From Chloroflexota bacterium (GTDB lineage Bacteria; Chloroflexota; UBA11872), in the NCBI GenBank assembly GCA_022826485.1, contig JAJDUU010000014.1, positions 131,254 through 195,253 of the forward strand: DNA of 64,000 nt. The letters run 5' to 3'. Positions 8,845 to 20,376 of the stretch are shown in pieces. The notes below the pieces were generated by a model, which saw nothing but the letters and a program-made list of their open reading frames with translations, searched no databases and had not been told where the DNA came from. A program made the position numbers and the translations under genes. Positions within the stretch are counted from its first letter, which is position 1; each line of letters starts with the position of its first letter.

Positions 8845-9473
8845 CGATGGTACTCGCGATCGACACCACAGGGACCGCGCCCGCCATGGCGCTGTTGCGC
8901 GGCGACGAGGTGGGGTCCGCCTGGCAGGGCGATGCCGCGCAGACGCCGCTGCTCGACGGGCTGCGCGCCGTGCTCGCCGGCCAGGGTCTGGCGATGCCGG
9001 CACTGCGTGAAGACTTGAGCGCCGTCGCCGCGGCCATGGGCCCGGGCCGCTATGCGCGCCTGCGCGCCGGAGTGGCGTTTGCGAAGGGACTGGCGACCGG
9101 ATGGGGCGTACCCTTCATCGGCGTGCGATCGGCCGCGGCCGTGGCCCATGCCGCCGGCGAACGCGTCGGGCCGATCGTCATCCCGGCCGGGCGCAGCCGC
9201 CTCTATTGCTGGACCGGTGAGCCGGGTGCGCCGCTCAGCCCCGCGGTGGATCCGAGCGCGCTCGTCGACTGCCTTGGATCCGGAGCCTCAGTGGCAGGTG
9301 ACGTCGACGACGCAACGGCGGCGGCGTTGCGGGCTGCCGGGCTGCGACTGAAGCGAATCCAGCCAATCGCGGTCGCCGAGTCCGTGGGCCGCCTCGCCGG
9401 CGGCTGCGATCGATCCGCTGTTGGCGCGGAAGTGGCCCGCCCCATCTATGTCCCGGCGGCCGACCATGGCTGA
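8841..9473 (+). CDS. tsaB: tRNA t6A biosynthesis protein TsaB (inactive Kae1 paralog)
   Basis: The ORF begins MVLAIDTTGTAP... and is the YeaZ-like N-terminal actin-fold domain, placed between tsaE and rimI. Confidence 0.8.
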   Translation: MTMVLAIDTTGTAPAMALLRGDEVGSAWQGDAAQTPLLDGLRAVLAGQGLAMPALREDLSAVAAAMGPGRYARLRAGVAFAKGLATGWGVPFIGVRSAAAVAHAAGERVGPIVIPAGRSRLYCWTGEPGAPLSPAVDPSALVDCLGSGASVAGDVDDATAAALRAAGLRLKRIQPIAVAESVGRLAGGCDRSAVGAEVARPIYVPAADHG

Positions 9474-10077
9474 CGGCCCGGAGATCGTCATCGAGCCGAT
9501 GCAGCTCGCGGACCTGCCCCAGGTGCGCCGCATCGAAAAGGCCTCGTTCTCCGTGCCCTGGCCGCGCGACTCGTATCGACGGGAGATCATGGATAACCAG
9601 CGGGCGTGGTACTTCGTGGCGCGCCGCCCCGACGTGGAACCGCCGCCGCAGCCGCCGCCACGGCGATTCCCCTTCAACCTGTGGCCGCGCGCCCCGGTGC
9701 CGGGCAACGACATCGTTGCGTTCGGTGGGATGTGGCTCATGATCGACGAGTCGCACATCACGACCATCGCCGTCGATCCCGAATATCGCCGGCGTGGGTT
9801 CGCCGAGGCGCTGATCATCGAGATGGCCAAGCTCAGCCGGCTGCGCGGCGCCACGCGCATCACGCTCGAGGTGCGCATGAGCAATCGGGGGGCGCAGAAT
9901 CTCTATCGCAAATACGGCTTCGTGGACCATGGGGTGCGACCGCGCTACTACAGCGACGACCGGGAGGACGCGCTGATCATGTGGAGCGAACCCATCCACG
10001 GGCCGGACTTCCACGCACGCCTCACGCGCAACGAGCGGGATCTTTCGGAGCGCCTCAATTGGGCCGCGCGCCTGTGA
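9466..10077 (+). CDS. rimI: Ribosomal-protein-alanine N-acetyltransferase (GNAT)
   Basis: It has GNAT motif A (RRRGFAEALI) and the LYRKYGF region. It is embedded in the tsa cluster as is usual. Confidence 0.8.
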   Translation: MADGPEIVIEPMQLADLPQVRRIEKASFSVPWPRDSYRREIMDNQRAWYFVARRPDVEPPPQPPPRRFPFNLWPRAPVPGNDIVAFGGMWLMIDESHITTIAVDPEYRRRGFAEALIIEMAKLSRLRGATRITLEVRMSNRGAQNLYRKYGFVDHGVRPRYYSDDREDALIMWSEPIHGPDFHARLTRNERDLSERLNWAARL

Positions 10078-11135
10078 CGGTCACGGACGGGCCGCTGATC
10101 GCCGCGATCGAGACTTCCTGTGACGACACCTCCGTGGCGGTGGTGCGGGGCGGACGCGAGGAGTTGGCGCTCAAGAGCCAGACCCAAATCGAGCCGCACG
10201 CCGCGATGGGCGGCATCGTGCCGGAAGCCGCTGCGCGCATTCACGTCGAGGCCATCGACGCCGTGTGGAACGCGTGCCTGACGACAGCCGGGGTTGACTC
10301 GGCGGAACTTGACGCGCTGGCCGTGACGCAGGGACCGGGCCTCCCCGGCTCACTGCTCGTGGGGCTCGGCTTCGCGCAGGGTCTGGCGGCGGCCGTGGAC
10401 TGCCCACTCATTCCGGTGAACCACCTGGAAGGCCACTTCGCCTCGCCATGGCTCAACGACGGCGATCCGCCGGAGTTTCCGTTGGTGGCGCTGATCGTGT
10501 CCGGCGGCCACACCGAGCTTGTGTTCGGCGCCGCGCCCGGCGAGTACCGGCTCATCGGGCGCACGCGGGACGACGCCGCCGGCGAGGCCTTCGACAAGGT
10601 GGCGCGGATGCTCGGACTGGAATATCCGGGCGGCCCCGCCATCCAGCGAGCGGCGGCGGGACGCGACAGGTCCCCCTTCGAGCTGCCGCGCGCGTGGCTG
10701 CCCGGCACCAGCGACTTCAGCTTCAGCGGACTCAAGACTGCGGTGCGACGGTTGGTTCACGACGAGTTAGGACCAGTCGAGGCGGCGCGGATTGGTGCGG
10801 CGGACAACGGCGCGGCCGGCATCGACGACGCCGACTTCGTGGCGGATGTGGCGCACGCCTTCGAGGTCTCCGTGGTCGACGTCCTCGTGACCAAGACCGT
10901 GCGCGCGGCCCGGCAGATGCGCGCCGCCACGATCACGCTCACCGGCGGCGTGGCGGCGAATGCGAGGCTGCGCGCGGCGCTGGACGCGGCCTCCCCGGTT
11001 CCCGTCCAGGTGCCGGCGCTCAAGCACTGCGTCGACAACGCCAGCATGATCGCGGTGGCGGGCGCTTGGCGCCTGGCGCGCGGCGAGGTGGCGAACGGCC
11101 CGCTCGAACCCGAACCGGGCCTGGCGCTGGCCTAG
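10074..11135 (+). CDS. tsaD: tRNA N6-adenosine threonylcarbamoyltransferase TsaD
   Basis: The translation begins LIAAIETSCDDTSVAVV and contains LAVTQGPGLPGSLLVG and VSGGHT. A GTG start overlaps the rimI stop. Confidence 0.9.
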   Translation: MTVTDGPLIAAIETSCDDTSVAVVRGGREELALKSQTQIEPHAAMGGIVPEAAARIHVEAIDAVWNACLTTAGVDSAELDALAVTQGPGLPGSLLVGLGFAQGLAAAVDCPLIPVNHLEGHFASPWLNDGDPPEFPLVALIVSGGHTELVFGAAPGEYRLIGRTRDDAAGEAFDKVARMLGLEYPGGPAIQRAAAGRDRSPFELPRAWLPGTSDFSFSGLKTAVRRLVHDELGPVEAARIGAADNGAAGIDDADFVADVAHAFEVSVVDVLVTKTVRAARQMRAATITLTGGVAANARLRAALDAASPVPVQVPALKHCVDNASMIAVAGAWRLARGEVANGPLEPEPGLALA

Positions 11136-12579
11136 GAGATTCGGGCGGTCCGCCGGCTTTCGAGCGCCTGACCGTAAAGCTCAAGGTAGGTGCGCGCTGC
11201 GGCGTCCCATGAGGAATCGCGCGACATGCCCCGGCGCATGAGCGCCCACCAGGCATCCGGATAGCGATAGGTCTCCAGCGCGCGGGCAATGGCCCCGAAG
11301 AAGTCGATGGGGTCGTAGCGATGAAACACGAACCCCGTGCCCACGCCGGTTCGCGCGTCGAAGTCTTCAACCGTATCGGCCAGCCCGCCGGTGGCGCGCA
11401 CCACGGGAATGCTGCCGTAGCGCATGGCGATGAGCTGGCCCAGGCCGCACGGCTCGTGGCGTGACGGCATGAGAAAGATGTCCGACCCGCCGTAGATTCG
11501 CTGCGCCAGCGGCGGGTCGAAGCGCAAGGCCAACCCGACGTGGCGGGGATGCTCCCGCGAGGCCTGGGTCAAGAGCTCGTGGTGGCGCGGGTCGCCGGTG
11601 CCCAGCACCGCCAGCTGGGCGCCGCGCTCGACGATGTGGGGCACGACCGGCGCCAGCAGGTCCAGTCCCTTGTGATCGGCCAGCCGCGACACCATGCCCA
11701 GCAGTGGCGTGTCGGCCTCGACGGGCAGCCCAAGCTCGCGCTGCAGCGCCGCCTTGTTGTGCGCGCGCTCCGCCAGGTTCCGCACGCTGAAGGTCGCCGG
11801 CAGATGCGGATCGGATGCGGGGTCGAAGGCGACGGTGTCGATGCCGTTGACGATGCCCGCGATGCCGTCGTGGCGCTCACGCAGCAGCGGGTCCAGCCGT
11901 TCCCCGTATGCCGGCGTCAGGATCTCCCTGGCGTAGGTGGCGCTCACCGTATTGACGGCGTCGGCATAGCGAATCCCGCGGGCGAGAAAATTCAATCGCG
12001 GGGTGAGCTCCGGGTCGGTCGGATGCTCCAGAAACCCGCCCTCCGCGAGGCCCGCCGCTTCCAGGATCTCCTCGCCAAAGTGCCCCTGGTACGCCAGGTT
12101 GTGAATGGTAAGCGCGGTGGCCGGGGAATCGGCGTGGTCCCCGTTGGCGCGCCCGGCGTGAATCCAGTTGGGAACCAGCCCCGCGTGCCAGTCGTGGCAA
12201 TGGACCACATCCGGCTGCCACCGCATCGTTCGCATGGCTTCCAGCGCACCGCGCGAAAAGAAGACGAACCGATGGCCATCGTCGGGATAGCCGTAGAGGT
12301 CGGGCCGGTTAGCGAAGTAGTCGTCGCTGCCGATCAGATACAGCGGAAATGGACATTGCTCGACCAGACCGACCGATCCTCGGCGGGTGACGCCGTTCAT
12401 GGGCACCGCGAACGAGTCGCCCGTAGCTGGAATCGTGGGTATGGCGGGATCGATCGATCCGTAATGCGGCAGCGCCACCCGCACGTCGGCGCCCAGTTTT
12501 CGCAACGCCGTCGGCAAAGACCCGACCACGTCGCCCAGGCCGCCGGTCCAGGCGTAGGGCGTGCACTCGGCGGCGAGCA
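11132..12579 (-). CDS. glgA: Glycogen (starch) synthase, ADP-glucose type
   Basis: The product starts MLAAECTPYAWTGGLGDVV and carries a GT5 C-terminal domain. The N-terminal extension of table ORF 11132..13057 overlaps purH and is not credible. Confidence 0.85.
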
Positions 12580-12612
12580 TCAGCACTCGCAACGGGCGCG
12601 TGTCGGCTTGGC

Positions 12613-14163
12613 TCAATGTTTGAAGTGCCGCTCGTCGGCGAACACCATCACGCCGCCGCGGGCGTCGACGGCGGCCACCACGGCGTCGTCTTCGATCGAG
12701 CCCGAGGGCGCCGCAATGGCCCGCACACCGGCCGCCAGCGCCTCTTCCGGGCCGTCCGTCTTGGGGAAGAAGGCATCGGAGACGAGGTAGCTGCCCGCGG
12801 CCTCGGCGCCGGCATGCGTGACGGCATGACGCACTGCGTCCACGCGGTTCATCTGGCCGACGCCCACGCCAACCAGCATGCCGTCCTTGACGAGCACCAC
12901 CGCGTTCGACTTCACGTGCCGTATCACCCGCAGCCCGAATCGCAACTCCGCCAGGTCCGCGTCGGATGCCGGCATGGCTGACACCGACCGCAGCTCCAGG
13001 TCGTCCCCGGGGCTCCGGTCGGGATCCTGCACCAGATAGCCTCGGTCGAGGCCCCACACGTGGGCCGACTCGAACCGCAGCGGGAGCCTGGCGGGCGGAG
13101 CGGACCAGCGAATGATGCGCAGGTTCTGGCGCCGCCGCAGGCGCCGCAGCGCGTCGTCGGCGTACGCCGGCGCCACGACCACGTGATAGAAGTGGCCCTT
13201 CATCGCCGCGACGGTTTCGATGTCGACTTCGCGGTTGAATCCCACGATGCCGCCGAACGCCGAGAGCGGATCGCCGGCGTGCGCGCTCGCATAGGCCTCG
13301 CGGAGCGAGTCTCGCACCGCGAGGCCGCAGGGATTGGTGTGCTTGACGATGGCGACGGCCGGCCGGTCGTGGTCATTCGCCGCGGCCCAGGCGGCCTGCA
13401 GGTCCAGGATGTTGACGTACGACAGCTCCATGCCGTGCAGCTGCTCGATGCCCGCGAGCGCGCCGTGGCCGAGCTCCGGGTCGCCCGCGGCGTAGAACGC
13501 GCCGCGCTGATGGGGATTCTCGCCGTAGCGCAGGTCCTGCATCTTCTGCAGCGGCACGGTGAGTCGGTGGGGAAAGTCATCGCCCGCCTGCGCCTGGAAG
13601 TACCCGGCCACGTGCGCGTCGTAGAAGGCTGTAAGGGCGAAGGCCTTGGCCGCCAACTCACGCCGCAGATCCCCGCCGTCCGCCCCGCCCTCGATTGCGT
13701 CCAGCACGCGCTCGTAGTCGTCCGGATCGGTGACGGTCCACACGCTGTCGTGGTTCTTGGCGGCGGCGCGAATCATGGCGGGGCCGCCGATGTCGATGTT
13801 CTCGATGAGCTGCTCGTGGTCGTCGGTTCGGGCCAGCGTCGCCGCGAACGGATAGAGATTCACGGCCACAAGGTCGATGGGCGTCAGGCCATGCTCGGCC
13901 AGTTGCTCCCGATCGCTTGCCAGGTTGGGTCTCGCGAGGATTCCGGCGTGAATCGCCGGGTGCAGCGTCTTGACCCGGCCGTCGAACATCTCCGGCCAGC
14001 CGGTCACCTCGTCGATCGACCGCACCGGCACGCCGGCATCCCGCAGTGCCTGGGCGGTGCCCGACGAGGCCACGATTTCCCAGCCCAGGGCGTGCAGACC
14101 CGCGCCCAGGCGGTCGATGCCGCGCTTGTCGGCGACGGCCAGCAGGGCGCGCGGCGCGCTCAT
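12613..14163 (-). CDS. purH: Bifunctional AICAR transformylase/IMP cyclohydrolase
   Basis: This 516-aa ORF is colinear with PurH, with MGS-like and AICARFT domains. Confidence 0.95.
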   Translation of the reverse strand: MSAPRALLAVADKRGIDRLGAGLHALGWEIVASSGTAQALRDAGVPVRSIDEVTGWPEMFDGRVKTLHPAIHAGILARPNLASDREQLAEHGLTPIDLVAVNLYPFAATLARTDDHEQLIENIDIGGPAMIRAAAKNHDSVWTVTDPDDYERVLDAIEGGADGGDLRRELAAKAFALTAFYDAHVAGYFQAQAGDDFPHRLTVPLQKMQDLRYGENPHQRGAFYAAGDPELGHGALAGIEQLHGMELSYVNILDLQAAWAAANDHDRPAVAIVKHTNPCGLAVRDSLREAYASAHAGDPLSAFGGIVGFNREVDIETVAAMKGHFYHVVVAPAYADDALRRLRRRQNLRIIRWSAPPARLPLRFESAHVWGLDRGYLVQDPDRSPGDDLELRSVSAMPASDADLAELRFGLRVIRHVKSNAVVLVKDGMLVGVGVGQMNRVDAVRHAVTHAGAEAAGSYLVSDAFFPKTDGPEEALAAGVRAIAAPSGSIEDDAVVAAVDARGGVMVFADERHFKH

Positions 14164-14786
14164 GCCGCCGTCACCGGCGGATCAACGCGCGCGATGCCGT
14201 CGACCACGCGAACTCGCCCATCGGCGAACCATTGCAACGCCTCGGGGTAAATGCGGTGCTCCTGCTCCAGGATGCGTGCCGCGAGCGTATCCACCGTGTC
14301 GTCGGGACGCACGCACACGGCCGCCTGCGCCACGATCGGCCCTCTATCCACGTCTTCCGTCACCAGGTGCACGGTGCAGCCGGAGAGTTTCACCCCCGCC
14401 GCCAGGGCGTCGGCCTGAGGCCGCGGCGCCATCGTGCCCCCGAATGCAGGAAGCAACGACGGATGGATGTTGAGTATGCGGCCGGGGAAGGCTTCCAGGA
14501 AGAACGGGCGAAAGATCGCGCTGAACCCGGCGAGCGCGACGGTGTCGACCCGGGCGTCTTGCAGGACCTCCAGCATCCGCCGCTGCTGCGCCGTGCGGGA
14601 CGGGAAGTCGCTGCGGACGACGAGGTGAGCGGGCACGCCAAAGTCCCGCGCGACGTCGAGCACCCCGGCGCCGGCGCGGTTGCACACGAGCGCCGGCACT
14701 TCGGCTTGCAGTCGCCCGTCGCGAACCGCCTCCAGAATCGCGCGCGCGTTCGAGCCGCGGCCCGACGCCATGATGCCGAGCCGCAT
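14160..14786 (-). CDS. purN: Phosphoribosylglycinamide formyltransferase
   Basis: It begins MRLGIMASGRGSNARAIL and contains the NIHPSLLP motif. Its stop overlaps the purH ATG. Confidence 0.9.
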   Translation of the reverse strand: MRLGIMASGRGSNARAILEAVRDGRLQAEVPALVCNRAGAGVLDVARDFGVPAHLVVRSDFPSRTAQQRRMLEVLQDARVDTVALAGFSAIFRPFFLEAFPGRILNIHPSLLPAFGGTMAPRPQADALAAGVKLSGCTVHLVTEDVDRGPIVAQAAVCVRPDDTVDTLAARILEQEHRIYPEALQWFADGRVRVVDGIARVDPPVTAA

Positions 14787-14805
14787 CAGGCGGCCTCCGG
14801 CGCGC

Positions 14806-15825
14806 TCACGCGTCGATAAGCTCCACCGCCGCGCCATCGCGCGGGACCACCGATCCGGCCATGAACGCGCCGGGAAGCTCGGCCAGCAGCGTTTCGCCGG
14901 CGTCGGGCCGGCACACGATGACGACGCCCACGCCCATGTTGAACACGCGGTACATCTCCTCGGGCGTCACGTCGGCGGTTGCTTGAATCCACGCATACAG
15001 CGGCGGAATCGTCCACGCCGCGGGCGACAATCGCGCCGCGAACCCGTCTGGAAGCACGCGCGGCAGGTTGTCGATGAGTCCGCCGCCGGTGATGTGGGCG
15101 GCCGCATGCACGCCCGGAACCTGGAATGCCCGGAGCAGTGGCTCCACATACGACTCGTGAGGCGTCAGCGCGGCGTCGATCACGGTGGTCTCGCCGAGCG
15201 GCGCCATGGGATTGCCGCGCTCCAGGGCGCGCCGGACCAGGCTGTAGCCGTTCGTATGCGGGCCCGCCGCCGGCAGCCCCACGCAGACGTCACCCTCGCG
15301 GATGTTGGCGGAATCCGCCAGGTCGTCTTGCTCGGCGACACCGATCACGGTGCCGGCAAGATCGTAGGCGCCGGACCGATAGGTGTCGGGCAGTTGCGCC
15401 GACTCGCCGCCGATCAGCGTCACGCCGGCCTCGCGGCACGCCTCGGCGATGCCTTGCACCAATCGCGTGACCACGTCGCGCTCGAGATGCGCCGCCGCCA
15501 CGTAGTCCAGAAACGCCGCCGGGCGCACGTTCTGCACGGCCAGGTCGTTCATGCAATGACGCACGAGGTCGCCGCCGGCAAGCTCGGGACGATCCCAAGC
15601 CAGCGCGAGCAGCAGCTTCGTGCCCAGCGAGTCCGTGCTCGCCAGCAGCACCGGGTCTCGCATGTCCGACGGCAAGCGCAGGCCGCCGGCAAAGGCCCCG
15701 AATCCGGGCAGCGACGCATCGTCCGACGTGCTGGCCACGGCGGTCCGCAGGGCCGCCTTCAGTGAGTCGTTGTGGTCGAGGTCGACGCCGGCGTCCGCAT
15801 AGACCGAGCGCGGCGCCGTGCTCAT
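14806..15825 (-). CDS. purM: Phosphoribosylformylglycinamidine cyclo-ligase (AIR synthetase)
   Basis: It begins MSTAPRSVYADAGVDLD, a PurM N-terminus. Its ATG overlaps the purF stop. Confidence 0.9.
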   Translation of the reverse strand: MSTAPRSVYADAGVDLDHNDSLKAALRTAVASTSDDASLPGFGAFAGGLRLPSDMRDPVLLASTDSLGTKLLLALAWDRPELAGGDLVRHCMNDLAVQNVRPAAFLDYVAAAHLERDVVTRLVQGIAEACREAGVTLIGGESAQLPDTYRSGAYDLAGTVIGVAEQDDLADSANIREGDVCVGLPAAGPHTNGYSLVRRALERGNPMAPLGETTVIDAALTPHESYVEPLLRAFQVPGVHAAAHITGGGLIDNLPRVLPDGFAARLSPAAWTIPPLYAWIQATADVTPEEMYRVFNMGVGVVIVCRPDAGETLLAELPGAFMAGSVVPRDGAAVELIDA

Positions 15826-17315
15826 GCGCCGTTCTCGGCGGGATCGGCCTCGGATTCCTCCAGCGGGAACATTGCGGCCTGGCGGGGGAACACCGGCGCG
15901 GTCTGCAGCTCGGTTGGCCGCTCGAGCTCGAACTTGTCGAACGCCAGCTGCACGTCGATGGGGTAGTCGCGCGTGAAGCAGCCCAGACACAGCTCCTCGT
16001 GCTCCTGGCGCGTGGCGGCCACCAGATTCGGAATGGAGAGGTAGTCGAGGCTGTCAGCGCCGATGGCCTGGCAGACGTCCGCCACCGGACGCTCGTGCGC
16101 GATCAACTCGTCGGGATCGGGGATGTCGATGCCCAGGAAGCAGGGCCAGCGGATCGGTGGGGCGGTGATGCGGACGTGAACCTCGGTCGCACCGCCTCGG
16201 TCACGCAGGAGGTCCACCAACTGGTGCTGCGACGTGCCGCGCACGATGCTGTCGTCGACCATGACCACGCGCTTGCCGCGCGTAACGCTTGGGAGCGCGT
16301 TGTACTTCAGCCGCACCCACAGCTTGCGCAGCTCGGTGGACGGCTCGATGAACGTGCGCCCGATATAGCGATTGCGCAGGAATCCGTCGGCGTAGGGCAG
16401 GCCGCTCGCCTCGGCGTATCCGGTCGCCGCGGCGATGGCCGAATCCGGCACGCCCACCACGAGGTCGGCGTCCACCGGATTCTGCAGGGCCAGGCGGCGC
16501 CCCATTTCGCGACGGACGGAATGGACCAGCTCGCCCCTGAGGGACGAGTCGGGCCGCGTGAAATAGATGTATTCGAAGGCGCACAGCGCGTGCCGGTGCG
16601 GCGGCGTGGCGTGCTGGGACCGCAGACCGTTGGCGCCGATGGCCAGAACCTCGCCTGGCTCGATCTCCCGCTCCATTTGGGCGCCCACCGCGTCCAGCGC
16701 GCAAGTTTCCGAGGTGACGATCCAGGCGCCGTCGATGGAGCCGAGACACAGCGGGCGGTTGCCCATGGAGTCGCGCGCGACGATGACTTCGGTGGGCGTG
16801 GCCACGGCCAGGCAGAACGAGCCCTGCAACCGCGGCACGGTGTGGCACACCCGCTCGAATACGCCGGCGCCGGGCGCGCCGGCAATCGCCTGGGCGATGA
16901 CGGCCGTGTCGGAAGTGGCCGTGGTGTGATAGCCGGCTTCGCCGTTCGAGTCTCTCAGGTCTAGGGCGTTGACGATGTTGCCGTTGTGGGCCACGGATAT
17001 CGGCCCCACGTCGGTCGCTTGCAGCACCGGCTGAATGTTCTGCGTGGTGTTCGAGCCGCTGGTGGAGTAGCGGCAGTGACCGATGGCGAGATGTCCGTGG
17101 GCTTCTGCCAGGATGTCGCCGCGAAATACCTGCGAAACCAGCCCTTCGTCCTTGACCGTATACAGGTCGTCGCCGTTCCCCAGCGTGATGCCGGCGCCTT
17201 CCTGTCCCCGATGCTGGACGGCGTAAAGCCCCACGTAGGCCAGGGCCGCGACATCCGCATCGGGACCATAGACCGCCACGACGCCGCAGGCTTCGCGCAG
17301 GTTGGGCAGGCCCAA
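15822..17315 (-). CDS. purF: Amidophosphoribosyltransferase with N-terminal propeptide
   Basis: The translation begins MGLPNLREA-CGVVAV with a Cys nucleophile after an apparent propeptide, and has the PRTase motif VVMVDDSIVRGTS. Confidence 0.95.
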   Translation of the reverse strand: MGLPNLREACGVVAVYGPDADVAALAYVGLYAVQHRGQEGAGITLGNGDDLYTVKDEGLVSQVFRGDILAEAHGHLAIGHCRYSTSGSNTTQNIQPVLQATDVGPISVAHNGNIVNALDLRDSNGEAGYHTTATSDTAVIAQAIAGAPGAGVFERVCHTVPRLQGSFCLAVATPTEVIVARDSMGNRPLCLGSIDGAWIVTSETCALDAVGAQMEREIEPGEVLAIGANGLRSQHATPPHRHALCAFEYIYFTRPDSSLRGELVHSVRREMGRRLALQNPVDADLVVGVPDSAIAAATGYAEASGLPYADGFLRNRYIGRTFIEPSTELRKLWVRLKYNALPSVTRGKRVVMVDDSIVRGTSQHQLVDLLRDRGGATEVHVRITAPPIRWPCFLGIDIPDPDELIAHERPVADVCQAIGADSLDYLSIPNLVAATRQEHEELCLGCFTRDYPIDVQLAFDKFELERPTELQTAPVFPRQAAMFPLEESEADPAENGA

Positions 17316-17459
17316 TGGGGCCGCGGGTTCGTAAATCGGGAGAGGGTGCGACGGGACTCGGATTGTTGCCGGCGCCGGTGCGTTGGGCGGCGTCGGCCCG
17401 CATGGACTGGAGCGCGTGAATGCCAGCGGGGCTACCCCGGAGTCCCTCCCTGGCGCATC

Positions 17460-19712
17460 TTAACCGCTCGGCTGGCGTCCGGCGAGCGCGGTGTTCAAGC
17501 CCTGGTCCCACGCTCGATGGGCCTCGTCGAGCGCCACGTCGATGGGACCGATGCGCAACCGGTCGCCGCCGACACGGCCCAGCTTGTGCACGGCAACGCC
17601 CGCGGCCGCGGCCCGGTCTTCGACCGCCGCCCAATGCGCGGCCGTGGCGCTAATCGCGATCCGGGATGGAGCTTCGCCGAACAGCGCCACGTCGTCTCGC
17701 TCCTGTCTCGAATCGAGTTCGAGGTCCACGCCGATGCCGCCCGCAAAGGCGCTCTCGGCAACCGCGACGGCAAGCCCGCCGTCGCTGCAATCGTGGGCCG
17801 AAACCAGCAGCCTGGCCTCGATCAGGTCGCGGACCAGGGCCTGAACGGCCAACTCGGCGTCGAGATCGATGGTTGGCGCTCCGGCGACTTGTCCGTGGAC
17901 GACCGCCAGGTACTCACTGCCGTCGAGCGCCGGCGTCGCATCGCCGAGCAATCCCACGATCTCGCCTTCCGCACCGAACCCGATGCCACAACTCGCGTCG
18001 GCTCGCTCGAGCAGCCCGAGCATGCCGACCACCGGCGTGGGCCAGATGGCCTGGTCGCTGGACTCGTTATAGAGGCTTACGTTGCCGCTGACCACCGGCG
18101 TGCCGAGCGCCTCGCAGGCCGCGGTCATACCGTCGATCGCGCGCGCCAACTGGTAGTAGACCGCAGGGTCTTCTGGCGAGCCGAAATTGAGGCAGTTGGT
18201 GATCGCGAGCGGCGTCGCTCCGGTGCAGGAGACGTTGCGCGCGGCCTCGGCCACCGCCATGGCGCCGCCGTGAAATGGGTCCAGGTAGCAATGCCGCGCG
18301 TTGCCGTCGGTGCATAGCGCGACGGCGCGGTCCGTCCCCTTGATTCGCATCACCGCCGCATCGCCGCCCGGCGGCCCGATCGTATGCGTGCCCACCATGT
18401 GATCGTATTGGCGGTAGACGCCCCGCCGGCTGGCGATGTTGGGCGAGGCCAGCATGGTGAGGAGGGTCCCGGAGAGATCCACCGGCTCGGGAAGCTCGTC
18501 GACGTTCAGCCGCTGGACATCGTCCAGGTAGGCCGGTCGCTCGACCGGGAACTCGTAGGTTGGGGCATCGACCAGCATCGACACGGGTAACTGCGCCACG
18601 TTTACCGATCCCTCGGTGACGCGCACGTCATGGCCGTCGGCGACGTGACCGATTACGTCGCTGTGCAGTCCCCACTTGGTGAAGACGGCGCGGACCTCGT
18701 CCTCACGCCCGGCATGCGCCACGACCAGCATGCGCTCCTGGCTTTCACTTAACATAACTTCATAGGGCGTCATGCGGTCGGCGCGACGCGAGACGCGCGC
18801 CACGTCGATGGTGACGCCGCAGCCACCGCGTTCCGCGGCTTCGATCGTGGCGCTGGTGAGGCCGGTCGCGCCCAGGTCCTGGAGGCCGGCCACGCCGCCG
18901 GTCGTCAACGCCTCCAGGCACGCTTCGAGCAGCAGCTTCTCCATGAAGGGGTTGCCGACCTGCACCACGCCGCGGTGTGAGGCTTCCGGGTCTTCCACCG
19001 AGGCGAACGTGGCGCCGTGGATGCCGTCGCGCCCGGTGTCCGTGCCGACCAGAATCAGGGGATTGCCCGGTCCGGACGCGGCGGCGCTGGTCAGGTCTTC
19101 ATGCCGAATCAGGCCCGCGCACATGGCATTGACCAGCGGATTGCCCGCATAGCACGGCGCCACCTGAATCTCGCCGCCGACCGTGGGCACGCCCACGCAG
19201 TTCCCGTACCAGGCGATGCCGCCGACCACGCCGTTCGCCAGGAAGCGGCTGCGGGCGTCGTCCAGCGAGCCGAAGCGCAGGCTGTCGAGGATGGCAATGG
19301 GCCGCGCGCCCATGGTGAAAATGTCGCGCAGGATTCCGCCCACCCCGGTGGCCGCGCCCTGAAAGGGCTCCACCGCGCTCGGGTGGTTGTGGCTCTCGAC
19401 CTTCATCACGATGGCCAGTCCGTCGCCGATGTCCACGGCGCCGGCGTTTTCCTGTCCCGGCCCGATCAGCACCCGCGGACCCGTGCCGGGAAAGCGGCGC
19501 AGGAGCGGACGGGAATGCTTGTAGCCGCAGTGCTCGCTCCACATGCCGCCGATGATTCCCAGCTCCACCGCATTCGGGGCGCGGTCGAGCAGGTCGAAGG
19601 CCAGGTGGTATTCGTCCCGCGTCAGCGCGACTTCGCGCAGCGTGGCGTCGTCCGGGACGGCGCGATCGGTGGGCGCGGTCACGCGGCCACGCGCGCGAGC
19701 ACGGACTCCCAC
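17460..19712 (-). CDS. purL: Phosphoribosylformylglycinamidine synthase subunit II
   Basis: The 750-aa ORF has tandem AIRS/AIRS_C domains typical of small PurL. Confidence 0.95.
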   Translation of the reverse strand: MGVRARARGRVTAPTDRAVPDDATLREVALTRDEYHLAFDLLDRAPNAVELGIIGGMWSEHCGYKHSRPLLRRFPGTGPRVLIGPGQENAGAVDIGDGLAIVMKVESHNHPSAVEPFQGAATGVGGILRDIFTMGARPIAILDSLRFGSLDDARSRFLANGVVGGIAWYGNCVGVPTVGGEIQVAPCYAGNPLVNAMCAGLIRHEDLTSAAASGPGNPLILVGTDTGRDGIHGATFASVEDPEASHRGVVQVGNPFMEKLLLEACLEALTTGGVAGLQDLGATGLTSATIEAAERGGCGVTIDVARVSRRADRMTPYEVMLSESQERMLVVAHAGREDEVRAVFTKWGLHSDVIGHVADGHDVRVTEGSVNVAQLPVSMLVDAPTYEFPVERPAYLDDVQRLNVDELPEPVDLSGTLLTMLASPNIASRRGVYRQYDHMVGTHTIGPPGGDAAVMRIKGTDRAVALCTDGNARHCYLDPFHGGAMAVAEAARNVSCTGATPLAITNCLNFGSPEDPAVYYQLARAIDGMTAACEALGTPVVSGNVSLYNESSDQAIWPTPVVGMLGLLERADASCGIGFGAEGEIVGLLGDATPALDGSEYLAVVHGQVAGAPTIDLDAELAVQALVRDLIEARLLVSAHDCSDGGLAVAVAESAFAGGIGVDLELDSRQERDDVALFGEAPSRIAISATAAHWAAVEDRAAAAGVAVHKLGRVGGDRLRIGPIDVALDEAHRAWDQGLNTALAGRQPSG

Positions 19713-20371
19713 AGTAGGCGTCCATCGGTGCCGCCCAACGCCGTCTCGCTGCAGCGCTCCGGGTGGGGCATGAGCCCGACCACGTTGCCCCGCGCGTTGC
19801 AGATGCCCGCGATGTCACCGACCGAGCCGTTGGGATTGGCCCCCGCCGTGCGTCTGCCGGCGGCGTCGCTGTAGCGCCAGACGACCTGGTCGTTGTCGTG
19901 CAGCGCATCCAGGGTTTCGTGGTCCGCGACATAGTTGCCCTCACCGTGCGCGATGGGCATGCGCAGGACCCGGCCGACGTCAGTCGCCTCCGTGAAGGGC
20001 GTGCGGCGCGTCTCCACGCGCACGTGCACCCATTCGCAGCGGAACTCGACGCAGGCGTTGGGCAGCATGGCGCCGGGGAGCAGCCCGGCTTCGAGCAGAA
20101 TCTGGAACCCGTTGCAGATGCCGAGCACGGGCACGCCGCGATCAGCCGCCTCGCGAACGGCCCGCATCACCCGAGCCTGCGCCGCCATGGCGCCGGTGCG
20201 CAGATAGTCCCCGTAGCTGAATCCGCCCGGCAGGACCACCAGGTCGTAGCCGTCCAGCGACGGCGTGGCGTGCCAGACAAGATCGGTCGGCACCCCCATC
20301 ACGTGGGACAGCGCATGGTGCGTGTCGGTGTCGCAGTTGCTGCCCGGAAAGACGATGACCGCTGCGCGCAC
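19679..20371 (-). CDS. purQ: Phosphoribosylformylglycinamidine synthase glutamine amidotransferase subunit
   Basis: It begins [14 protein letters not shown] and has the class I GATase motif GICNGFQ. The GTG start lies 5 nt below the purS stop. Confidence 0.9.
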   Translation of the reverse strand: MRAAVIVFPGSNCDTDTHHALSHVMGVPTDLVWHATPSLDGYDLVVLPGGFSYGDYLRTGAMAAQARVMRAVREAADRGVPVLGICNGFQILLEAGLLPGAMLPNACVEFRCEWVHVRVETRRTPFTEATDVGRVLRMPIAHGEGNYVADHETLDALHDNDQVVWRYSDAAGRRTAGANPNGSVGDIAGICNARGNVVGLMPHPERCSETALGGTDGRLLWESVLARVAA

Positions 20372-20376
20372 CCTGG

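Noticed and set aside
17316-17459. Regulatory RNA or terminator in the 145-bp purL-purF spacer
   Set aside because: No convincing hairpin plus U-tract or conserved motif was found. It is probably just an intra-operon spacer.
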